DNA from: the human T2T-CHM13v2.0 reference genome, Homo sapiens
DNA length: 64,000 nucleotides
Assembly: GCF_009914755.1 (NCBI RefSeq)
Contig: NC_060940.1
Reading direction: 5' to 3' (one strand)
A program made the translations under genes and the position numbers. The notes under the pieces are model-generated. The model worked only from the letters and a program-made list of their open reading frames with translations, did not search any database and was not told the DNA's origin. Numbering within the stretch: the stretch's first letter is position 1; the number at the start of each line of letters is the position of its first letter. This document shows positions 50,301-64,000 of this stretch, piece after piece.

Positions 50301-51614
50301 CAGCCCAGAATGGAGAAGTTAATTCTCTTATTAGAGCTTGTCAATTAACTAAAAACCAGGATTAAATACAGATGTTCTACATTAGTGTGTAATTTTGAAA
50401 TGTGTTGCAAGCAGAGGAGGTTCTTATGTCTCCTAGAAGCCCCATCAAAATGGACAAAAAAGACACTTTTAAATAAATTCCTACATTATAGAGACCTGAC
50501 ATATGAATTTGAAACCAAATGCCAACAAAGGAGAAAACAAACAAATAAAACAACTAGTATGGAAGCTAGAATAATGTGATGCACCATTACACCAAATATT
50601 CAGTCTTAACATGGTTTTTAATATTATGTAAACATGGAAGGTATTGCCATTGTTCATATGATACAGAATCAATGGCACTCACAAGCATCTGAATATGTTG
50701 AAAAATGGCACCTTCAAATAAAAATTATGAAAACTTCAATAAAATATTGAACTCTATTCACCAAGGGTTATACCATTAGCACTATGGCATGATGGTTTCC
50801 TCCCTCAGCACACATCAGTTATTACCCTATGACTTGGTAGCTGGAAGATTCACACTTTCGAGATTTTACCCTCATCACATACCTTTGTCCTATTGCATGC
50901 ATGTGTTAACAAAATATTGAAAATGATTTTTGTGTTATACACACTCCAATGACTAAAAATTTAAAGTTGCCTTTTTACCACATCTTTTAACAGCATTTTG
51001 TGATATCCGACCATGAAGTTATGTCTATTGTGTGTCTTTTATCACACAATGTGAATCTAGTTAGGAATCGCAGGAGCTTCCTCATTTGACACCAGTGGGT
51101 GTTTCACACTGTGCAATCCCCTTCCTGTGAGTGGGAAGCCTCACTCTGACCCACCACGAAACCATCACAAAAGCCCTGAGCCAGTCTGCTTTCTGGCTCT
51201 ATCGAGCCATTTTGGGTGTTCCTTAGAGACCAGCACTAATCTCAACAGACCCCTCAAGAGGTAATTAACTTTTCCATATTCACATCGAGGGAGTATGCAG
51301 CACCCACAGATGTGACATCCACATGACATTTTAGTTGAGATCCCTTCGCCTTTTTGAGGTGTCAACTAGAACTGACGCTGTGAGCTTGTTGTCATGGCTG
51401 CTAAACACAGGACCCACCTGTTCCCTGAACCAACTCCAGGACAGAGCTGGACATGCCTGGTGTGGTTTGATAAACCCCCATTTTTAATAAAATCATGACA
51501 TTATTTTGCTGTATTCTAGTGTTTCCCTAAAAATACAGGTAGACCCAGCGTGTATTCATGTATATATTCAGGAGTCACTGATTTCTCATAGATATTTAAT
51601 GGAATATGTAATCC

Positions 51615-54600
51615 TTTCTTTAAATTATACTTTACGTTCTGGGGTACATGTGCAGAATGTGCAGTTTTGTTACATAGGTATACACACGCCATGGTTGTTT
51701 GCTGCACCCATCAACCTGCCATCTACCTTAGGTATTTCTCCTAATGCTATCCCTCCCCTAGCCCTTTACCTCCTGACAGGCCTCAGTGTGTGATATTCCC
51801 CTCCCTGTGTCCATGTGGTCTCATGGTTCAACTACCACTTACGAGTGAAAACAACGGTGTCTGGTTTTCTGTTCTTCTGTTAGTTTGCTGAGAATGATGG
51901 TTGTCAGCTTCATCCATGTCCCTGCAAAGGACATGAACTCATCCTTTTTTATGGCTGCATAGTATTCCATGGTGTATATGTGCCACATTTGCTTTATCCA
52001 GTCTATTATTGATGGACATTTGGGTTGGTTTCAAGTCTTTGCTATTGGGAATAGTGCCGCAATAAACACACGGGTGCATTTGTCTTTGTAGTAGAATGAC
52101 TTACAATCCTTGGGGTACATACCAAGTAATGGGATTGCTGGGTCAAATGGTATTTCTAGTTCTAGATCCTTGAGGAATCGCCACACTGTCTTCCACAATG
52201 GATGAACTTATTTACACTCCCACCAACAGTGTAAAAATGTTACTATCTCTCCACATCCTCTCCAGCATCTGTTGTTTCCTATTTAATGGTCACCATTCTA
52301 ACTGGTGTGAGATGGTATCTCACTGTGGTTTTGATTTGCATTTCTCTAGTGATCAGTGATGAGGAGGATTTTTTCATGTTTTTTTGGCTGCATAAATGTC
52401 TTCTTTCGAGAAATGTCTGTTCGTATCCTTCACCTACTTTTTGATGGGTTTTTTTTTCTTGTAAATTTGTTGTAGATTCTGGATATTAGCCCTTTGTCAG
52501 ATGGATAGATTGCAAAAATTTTCTCCCATTCTGTAGGTTGCCTGTTCACTCTGATGATAGTTTCTTTTGCTGTGCAGAAGCACTTTACTTTAATTATATC
52601 TCATTTATCAGTATTAGCTTTTGTTGCCATTGCTTTTGGTGTTTTAGACTTGAAGTCTTTGCCCATGCCTATGTCCTGAATGGTATTGCCTAGATTTTCT
52701 TCTGGGATTTTTATGGTTTCAGGTCTTGATAAGTCTTTCATCCATCTTGAGTTAATTTTTGTATAAGCTGTAAGGAAGGGGGTCCAGTTTCAGTTTTCTG
52801 TATATGGCTTGCCAGTTTTCCCAACACCACTTATTAAATAGTTCCGGAATTCTTTCCCCATTGTTTGTTTGTGTCAAGATTGTCAAAGATCAGATGGTTG
52901 TAGATGTGTGGTGTTATTTGGGAGGCCTCTGCTCTGTTCCATTGGTGTATATATCTGTTTTGGTACCAGTACCATGCTGTTTCAGTTACTGTAGCCTTGT
53001 AGTATAGTTTGAAGTCAGGTAGCATAATGCCTCCAGCTTTGTTTTTTTTTTTTTTTTTGCTTAGGAATGTCATGGCTATGCAGGATTTTTTTTGGTTCCA
53101 TATGAACTTTAAAATATTTTTTTCCAATTCTGTGAAGAAAGTCATTGGTAGTTTGATGGGGACAGCATTCAATCTATAAATTGCTTTGGGCAGTATGGCC
53201 ATTTTCATGATATTTATTCTTCTTATTCATGAGCATGGAATGTTTTTCCATTTGTTTCGGTCCTCTCTTATTTCCTTGAGCAGTGGTTTGTAGTTCTCCC
53301 TGAAGAGATCCTTCACATCCCTTGTAAGTTGTATTCCTAGGTATTTTATTTTCTTTGTAGCAATTTTGAGTGGGAGTTCACTCATGATTTGGCTCTCTGT
53401 TTTTCTGTTATTGGGTTATAGAAATGCTTGTGATTTTTGCACATTGATTTTGTATCCTGAGACTTTGCTGAAGTTGCTTATCAGCTTAAGGAGATTTTGG
53501 GCTGAGACGATGGGGTTTTCTAAATATACAATCGTGTCATCTGCACACAGAGACAATCTGACTTCCTCTTTTCCTATTTTTATACAATTTATTTCTTTCT
53601 CTTGCCTGATTACCCTGGCCAGATCTCTCAATACTATGTTGAATTGGAGTGGTGAGAGAGGCATCGTTGTCTTGTGCTGGTTTTCAAAGTAAATGCTTCC
53701 AGTTTTTGCCCATTCCATATGATATTGGCTGTGGGTTTGCCATAAATAGCTTTTATTATTTTGAGATACATTCCATGGATACCTAGAGTATTGAGTTTTT
53801 AGCATGAAGTGGTGTTGAATTTTGTTGAAGTCCTTTTCTGCATCTATTGAGATAATCATGTGGTTTCTGTCATTGGTTCTGTTTATGTGATGGATTACAC
53901 TTATTGATTTGCATATGTTGAAACAGCCTTGCATCCCAGGGATGAAGCCGACTTGATCGTGGTGGATAAGCTTTTTGATGTGCTGCTGGATTCGGTTTGC
54001 CAGTATTTTATTGAGAATTGGTGCATTGATGTTCATCAGGGATATTGGCCTGAACTTTTTTTTTTTTGTTATGTCTCTGCCAGGTTTTGGTATCAGGATG
54101 ATGCTGGCTTCATAAAAAGAGTTAGAGAGGAGTCCCTCTTTTTCTATTGTTTGAAATAGTTTCAGAAGGAATGGTAACAGTTCCTCTTTGTACCTCTGGT
54201 AGAATTTGGCTGTGAATCCATCTGGTCCTGGACTTTTTTTGGTTGGTATGCTATTAATTACTGCCTCAATTTCAGAATTTGTTACTGTTCTATTCAGGGA
54301 TTCGACTTCTTCCTGCTTTAGACTTGGGATGGTGTATGTGTCCAGGCATTTATCCACTTCTTCTAGATTTTCTAGTGTATTTGCATAGAGGTTTTTATAG
54401 TATTCTCTGATGGTAGTTTGTATTTCGGTGGGATCAGTAGTGATATCCCCTATATTACATTTTATTGCATCTATTTGATTCTTCTCTCTTTTCTTCTTTA
54501 TTAATATGGCTAACTTTCTATCTATTTTGTTGATGTGCTGTATTCAGGAGACCCATCTCATGTGCAAAGACACACATAGGCTCAAAATAAAGGGATGGAG

Positions 54601-55531
54601 GAATATTTACCAAGCAAGTGGAAAGCAAAAAAAAAAAAAAAGAAAGAAAAAAAACAAAAGCAGGAGTTGCAATCCTAATCTCTCATAAAACATTTTAAAC
54701 CAAAAAAGATCAAAAGAGACAAAGAAAGGCACTGCATAATGGTAAAGGGATCAATGCAGCAAGAAGAGCTAAATATCCTAAATATATATGCACCAAATAC
54801 AGGAGCACCCAGATTCATAAAGGAAGTCCTTAGAGACCTACAAAGAGACTTAGACTCCCATACAACAAGAGTGGGAGACTTTAACTCCCCGCTGTCAATA
54901 TTAGACAGATCAACGAGACAGAAAATTAACAAGGATATTTAGGACTTGAAGTCAGCTCTGGACCAAGCAGACCTAATAGATATCTACAGAACTCTCCACC
55001 CCAAGTCAACAGAATATACATTCTTCTCAGCACCTCATCGCACATATTCTAAAACTGACCACATAATTGGAAGTAATACACTCCTCGCCAAATGCAAAAG
55101 AACAGAAATCATAACAAACAGTGCAATAATCAAATTAGAACTCAGGATGAAGAAATTCACTCAAAACTGCACAACTACATGGAAACTGAAAAACCTGTTC
55201 CTGAGTGTCTACTGGGTAAATAAAGAAATGAAGGCAGAAATAAAGATGATCTTTGAAACCAATGAGAACAAAGACACAACATATGAGAATCTCCGGGACA
55301 CATTTAAAGCAGTGTGTAGAGGGAAATTTATAGCACTAGATGCCTACAAGAGAAAGCAGGAAAGATCTAAAACTGACACCCTAACATCAAAATTAAAAGA
55401 ACTAGAGAAGCAAGAGCAAATTCAAAAGCTAGCAGAAGAGAAGAAATAACTAAGATCAGAGCAGAACTGAAGGAGATAAAGACATGAAAATCAACTCCAA
55501 AATATCAATGATCCAGGAGCTGGTTTTATGA
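51615..55531 (-). mobile_element. L1PA (about L1PA6/7), 5'-truncated with a 5' inversion
   Basis: Minus-strand 3'UTR plus RT region 51615-~54533; plus-strand endonuclease region (VCCIQETH...SRSW) ~54534-55531; many stops and frameshifts. Confidence 0.9.
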
Positions 55532-56676
55532 ATCTTTAATTCTGTGTTGAGAAATTTAAAATTTCTTTAGTTTGATGATTGAAGTCCTTATGCCATCGTT
55601 CTGAGATTTTCTTTTTTATTTCTCATATATTTTATCCATCTCTAAATTCTTTTCTACCAAATTATATATGTTTCAATTTGTAGTATTTTAATAAGTTGAA
55701 ATTAGAAAGTAACTATCTTCCCTTAATGTGTACCATTTAACAAATAATGACATAACCATAACTTTTCTCAAAACAGAAAAAATTATCCTCAAAATTTCCT
55801 CTTGTTGTCCTGTAATTTCCACTTCCTACACCTTCCCTTCTCATACCATGACCACGGCCAACTACTGGTTTTCATTATGTAACTTTAGATTAGTTTTCAT
55901 TTTATAGAATTTATAAAAGTGGAACTGTATGTATGTACTTGTATTTCTTTGGTTTATGTTACTCGTCATAAGTACTTGTGAATTTACCCTTGTTGCTCAT
56001 TTCCAGCAGTACTTGTTTGAACAGTGGGTATTATTCAAGTGAATGAATTTAGAACAAAGTGTTTACTGCTTAACCTGCTGATCAATATTTGGATTGCTTT
56101 CAGTATCTGGGTATTATAAAGAAAGGTGCTACTCAGCTTAGAGAACTACACAGTTGAGAAAGACAATGTTCTTATTCCTACATCAACGTGAACAGCAGTT
56201 AAACTGAAAAAGCTGCACTTCAATACATTTTCTTCAACACATCAGGTAATTAAAGTTGTAGAACTCTTTGTGTGTGTCAGTTTGTGTGTGAGAGAGGAGG
56301 GAGGAAGGGACACAGAACAAGTGAGAGATCCTACATAACTGACCATAATTTATGAGGTGCTCAAATATATACAAGGACTTAGTCCTGAAGGACAAGGTCC
56401 ACATTAGATGGAGAGGACAACTTGGTGCACCTACGTGTGGCTATATATTTATATAAATATCATTGTCTAATAATACAATAATATACATTAGAATAAATAT
56501 GGTGGAGAGTAAAATATGTCAGTGATGAAAAACCCCACCTCCAGCACCTTTTTTCCCCTCTTGCACCTGCCTTAATGTGTCCTGAGCGCCCCTTGGTGAC
56601 CTGAGCACCCCCTGGTGTTCTGAGCTTCCCTGCAGGGAGGTTTGTGTCTGGCCCCACAATGACTTCCCCCTCTGTG

Positions 56677-56955
56677 TCTTTTGCATAAAAATCCATGGTG
56701 GTGTACTCATTGCACATGTAGCTCAGCTGTAGGAAAAACTGCTTTCTGAATGTGTATCTGGAGGTGGTGACTGGACTCTTGAGAAGCGGGTGGTACTGTG
56801 TGCTTCCTCATGACCTACACACCTGACCCACTTCAGCTCCTTCCCTGGGGGCTGGCAGATCCAGCTCCAGGAGGAAGTACTGGTTATGATCGGAAATCCA
56901 GAGGCGGCACAGGTGAAGGAGAGGGTCTCTGAGGGCTTTACTAGAACATGACTGC
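56677..56955 (-). pseudogene. Clan II IGHV pseudogene (IGHV(II)-15-1-like)
   Basis: [30 protein letters not shown]; frameshifted; second Cys now TAT; RSS CACAGAG/22-nt/ACACAAACC at 56639-56676. Confidence 0.8.
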
Positions 56956-56957
56956 AC

Positions 56958-57449
56958 TGAAAAACACAATTTTTGTCATACGCAGCATCTGAATGACATT
57001 TTGATGAGAACGATCCCAGGCTAGAAGCATCAATAACAAGGTTGACATCAGTGTAAGGTTGGACAGGCAGTTGCTGTGCAGATATTTTCACAGAAGTAAT
57101 TATTTTATTGTTGTGGTTGTCTTTGTGCAAGGTTGTGGCTTTTCTGAGTGTTATAAAACTAGCTCTTGTTGTTAGGGATATAAGTAATTATTTTGTTGTT
57201 GTGGTTGCCTTTGTGCACAGTTGTGGCTATTCTGAGTGTTATAAAGCTAGCTGTTGTTCTTAGGGATATAAGTAATTCTTTTATTGTTGTGGTTGCCTTT
57301 GTTCAATTTGTGGTTTTTTGGAGTGTTATAAAGCTAGGTCTTGTTCTCAGGGGTATGTGCATGAGAAGCTTCCATAAATGGCCTTCCCCAGCTCCATGTG
57401 TCAGGGTTTGAACACAAGGGACTCCAGTTGGATTCCGACAACTTTTACA
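56958..57449 (-). mobile_element. ERV1-type LTR (MER65-like) with an internal 3 x 88-bp tandem repeat
   Basis: Minus strand starts TGTAAAAGTTGTCGGAATC..GGAGCTGGGGAAGGCCAT; repeat units at 57094, 57182, 57270; family from recall; left end approximate. Confidence 0.6.
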
Positions 57450-58321
57450 GGCTCTTCTAACACTACCGGTAAAGAAGGTGACTCTGTGACAGTTTACACA
57501 GCACAGGATCAATTCCACATCCTCACCCCACTTTGACCAAAGAAGCTTATGCCCTCATTCCTAATGGCCACATGCATTCCCAGATGCGTCTCCAGAAAAC
57601 AGAGTGGAGTGTGCTTAATAATGAGAGAGAAGAAAGTCTCAGCAGCCTCTCCCAATGGCTGCAGGAGTCACAGCCTGAGCCCCACCTAAGCTCCAGGGAA
57701 AGGGCTTGAGCCCCAGGATTTAGACCACAGGGACAACATCATTTTTTCCAGAAAGCAGGAAAAGCAAATGGAAAAGCAAGAACCACTAAAAATGAAAGTC
57801 AGAAAGAACCAGATCAGTGCTGATACTCATTTGAATATTTTCAGGAGAAATGTCATACATAAAACCTGTGAGGTCCTACATGACACTGAACCTGGTCCAG
57901 CCTCTCTCTTGGCTGTAATCAAAATCCCTAAAAGCCATTCTAGTCAGGGAATCCCATTGAAGTTCCTGTCCTGAGTCTGACTGGAGAAGACTCACCGGGC
58001 ACCCCTGAGCTTCCTCACGACTCTGATGCTGGTGCGCATGGTTGAGGAGTTCTCATTCCGGTAGGTGGCAATGTACATACTGTGCATGTGAGAATGAGTC
58101 CTCATATTACAATGATTAAAAAAAATATGTAGAGATGACATTGGTGGGCACAGAAATCTAAAATTAAAGAGTTTCCCTAGAGAAACTGTCAGAAGCAGAG
58201 GAAGTCCCAAATCCTGACAGGAAACAAACCCCAGCCTCCATGTGAACCTGCTCTGGGGTTGACTCTGATGAATGGGTCCTGAGCGCCCCCTGCAGTGATT
58301 TCCCCCAACGTTCCTGCAGGA

Positions 58322-58360
58322 GGTTTGTGTCTGGGCTCACACTTGTGTCCCCTCACAGGA
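58322..58360 (-). other. Defective 23-RSS (heptamer TCCTGTG)
   Basis: TCCTGTG, 23 nt, ACACAAACC; the non-canonical heptamer is characteristic of IGHV3-16. Confidence 0.88.
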
Positions 58361-58815
58361 TTTCTCACACAGTAATACACGGCCATGTCCTTGGCTCTCT
58401 GTCTGTTCTTTTGCAGATACAGGGACTTGCTGGAATTGTCTCTGGAGATGGTAAATTGGCCCTTCACGGAGTCCACATAGTGCGTCTTACCGCCATTCCA
58501 ACTAATATCCGAGACCCACTCCAGCCCCTTTCCTGGAGCCTAGAGGACCCAGTTCATGTCACTGTTACTGAAGGTGAATCCAGAGGCTGCACAGGAGTGT
58601 CTCAGGGACCCCCCAGGCTGGACCAAGCCTCCCCCAGACTCCACCAGCTGCACCTCACACTGCACACCTGCAAACACAGAGACATCCTGGTCAGAAACTG
58701 CCACACATAGCCACTGTTCTGTCACTCATGTCCCCTCACACTCAATATCCTTAGTTCTCCATGAATTACCTTTTAAAATAGCAGCAAGAAAAACCCAGCT
58801 CAGCCCAAATTCCAT
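58361..58815 (-). pseudogene. IGHV3OR16-16: IGHV3-16-like orphon pseudogene
   Basis: Intact leader 58770-58815 (MEFGLSWVFLAAILK); V exon 58361-58667 has an in-frame TAG at 58540-58542; [22 protein letters not shown]; symbol from recall. Confidence 0.9.
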
Positions 58816-58935
58816 GGTAATTTGTTTATTGCTGTTGACCCAATAGAAACACCTGAGAATCCCAGGGCTGGGGCTTCTCTCCCACGGCTGCAGGGTCAGG
58901 GCTGGGCTGCTTTTCATCAGAAAAGGGAGGGTCCT

Positions 58936-58943
58936 ATTTGCAT
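58936..58943 (-). promoter_or_regulatory. Intact VH promoter octamer ATGCAAAT
   Basis: About 120 bp upstream of the leader ATG, with the ATGAAAA TATA-like element at 58911-58917. Confidence 0.9.
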
Positions 58944-59299
58944 GTCTCCTATTACATAGCAAGCTCTGAAGTGGGACACCTGAGGAGAGGACTGAGCCCA
59001 GAGTAATGAGAGTGAAACAGCAAACCTGAACAACTACAGATAAAAAAAAAAAAAAAAAACCTCAGCATATCAGAGTTGATATCATGGAGCAAACATGAAC
59101 TGAAAATTTGAGGATAGGGGTTGATAGGGAGACCCAGGATGCATATATGAGTGTACCTGGGGCAGGTGTCACTCCATGGCATTTAAGCTAACCTGGAAAC
59201 ATTTAGAGTTCCTTGAGGATGTGCGCATTAACAGTGTTGGAGTGTGAAGCTTCTAGAGCCATATATTGTTGCAGGCTTTCCTTACAAAGTTTGAAATAT

Positions 59300-60660
59300 C
59301 CCACATGACCTCACACTCACACAGTGTGACCTTGCACATCCCCAAGGTCACCTCACATGTGCCCTGAGTCACCTCACACATCCCCAATGTCACCTTACAC
59401 ATCCCGCAGGTCACCTCAAACATTTCCCAGGTAACCTCACACAAGTCCCAATTCACCTCACACATCCCACAGGTAACCTCACACTCACCCAAGGTCACCT
59501 CGCACATCCTCCATGTCACCTCAGATGCGCCTTAGGTGACCTCACATGTGCTCAGGTCACTTCACACATCAGGCAGGTCACCTCACATATTCCCCATGTT
59601 ACCTCACACACACTCCTGCTAAGCTCACACATCCCCCCACGTCACCTCAAACGCACCCACATCACCTCACACATTCCCCAGGTCACCTCACATGTCCCAC
59701 AGGTCACCTCACACATTCCCCAGGTCACTTCACATGTCCCACAGGTCACCTCACACGTTCCCCAGGTCACCTCACACGTCCCCCATGTCACCTCAGATGC
59801 GCCTTAGGTGACCTTACATGTGCTCAGGTCACCTCACACATCAGGCAGGTCACCTCACATATTCCCCATGTCACCTCACACACACTCCTGCTAAGCTCAC
59901 ACATCCCCCACGTCACCTCAAACGCACCCACATCACCTCACACATTCCCCAGGTCACCTCACATGTCCCACAGGTCACCTCACACATCCCCCAGGTCACC
60001 TCACACGTTCCCCAGGTCACCTCACACATTCCCCAGGTCACCTCACACGTCCCACAGGTCACCTCACACATCCCCCAGGTCACCTCACACGTTCCCCAGG
60101 TCACCTCACACATTCCCCACGTCACGTCACACGTCCCCCAGGTCACCTCACACATTCCCCACGTCACCTCACACATCTGCCACGTCACCTCACATGTCCC
60201 ACAGGTCACCTCACACATCCCCCAGGTCACCTCACACGTCCCCCAGGTCACCTCACACGTCCCACAGGTCACCTCACACGTCCCACAGGTCACCTCACAC
60301 ATTCCCACAGGTCACCTCACACATCCCCCAGGTCACCTCACACATCCCCCAGGTCACCTCACACGTCCCACAGGTCACCTCACACGTCCCCCAGGTCACC
60401 TCACACATGCCTTAGGTCACATCATACATGCCCAAGTCACCTCATGAGTTCCCCATGTCACCTCATGCATGTCCAGGTAACCTCACACGCACCCAGGCCA
60501 CCACACATGCACCCTGGGTCACCTCACATGAGCCCAAGTTCACCTCACACATACCCCCAGGTAACCTTACACATCCCCCAGGTCACCTCACACATCCCCC
60601 AGGTCACCTCACTGTCACGTGACCAGGTCACCTCACCTTCATACAGGTAGGTCGCTTCAC
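59300..60660. repeat. 21-bp minisatellite (consensus cccaggtcacctcacacatcc)
   Basis: Homogeneous core ~59930-60410, degenerate flanks, 272-bp higher-order duplication. Confidence 0.95.
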
Positions 60661-60740
60661 ACATGCTATGATACATGTATACATCATGGAATTGTTAATC
60701 AAGCTATTTAAAATATCCATCACCTCACAAATGTGTAATT

Positions 60741-60960
60741 TCTTTTTTTTTTTTTTTTTTGAGACTGAGTCTCACTCTGTCGCCGAGGCTGGAGTGCAGT
60801 GGTGCGATCTCGGTCACTGCAGCCTTTGCTTCCCAGGTTCAAACAATTTTCCTGCCTCAGCCTCCCGAGTAGCTGGGATTACAGGCGCCCAACACCACGC
60901 CTGGCTAACTTTTGTGTGTTTAGTGGAGACAGGGTTTCACCATTTTGGCCAGTCTGGTCT
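60741..60960 (-). mobile_element. Alu interrupted by L1HS
   Basis: Antisense Alu stops at ...agtctggtct, directly followed by the L1 poly(T). Confidence 0.9.

Positions 60961-64000
<3,040 letters not shown>

Noticed and set aside
53416-55449. L1 ORF2 fragments as an active element
   Set aside because: Truncated, inverted, and full of stops and frameshifts
57996-58050. Possible leader exon for the clan II V (ATGCGCACC...CCCG|gtgagt)
   Set aside because: Donor looks good but the peptide is not hydrophobic; cannot be supported
59546-60447. 289-aa and 209-aa repetitive ORFs (HIPQVTS repeats)
   Set aside because: A 21-bp stop-free VNTR unit produces long ORFs automatically; no gene structure

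Overview
Human (primate) genomic DNA with no intact cellular gene; it is a segmental-duplication mosaic. (1) 1-~13.4 kb: old L1M fragments broken up by many Alus and an ERV1 solo LTR, around a unique island at ~8.9-11.4 kb. (2) ~13.8-45.9 kb: GC-rich unprocessed, 5'- and 3'-truncated minus-strand pseudogene of ARHGAP23 (PH + RhoGAP region). I reconstructed 16 main exons plus the ADLLEI-stop microexon by hand; all have GT-AG sites, and there are two frameshifts. (3) From an abrupt GC-to-AT switch at ~45.87 kb: an immunoglobulin heavy-chain V orphon block with three minus-strand V pseudogenes in IGH order (IGHV3-15-like, clan II, IGHV3-16-like), a 5'-inverted L1PA, an LTR with an internal triplication and a 21-bp minisatellite. 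(4) From 60961: a young L1HS Ta-1 element inserted into an Alu, with ORF2 open to the window edge. From memory this arrangement matches 16p11.2 (ARHGAP23P1, IGHV3OR16-7, IGHV3OR16-16); paralogous copies exist, so the names need checking. The most interesting hypothesis is that the duplication junction created a latent fusion gene: an intact, octamer-driven IGHV leader exon is in phase with the first retained ARHGAP23 exon, giving a predicted 285-aa leader-linker-PH ORF. Nothing in the sequence shows it is expressed.
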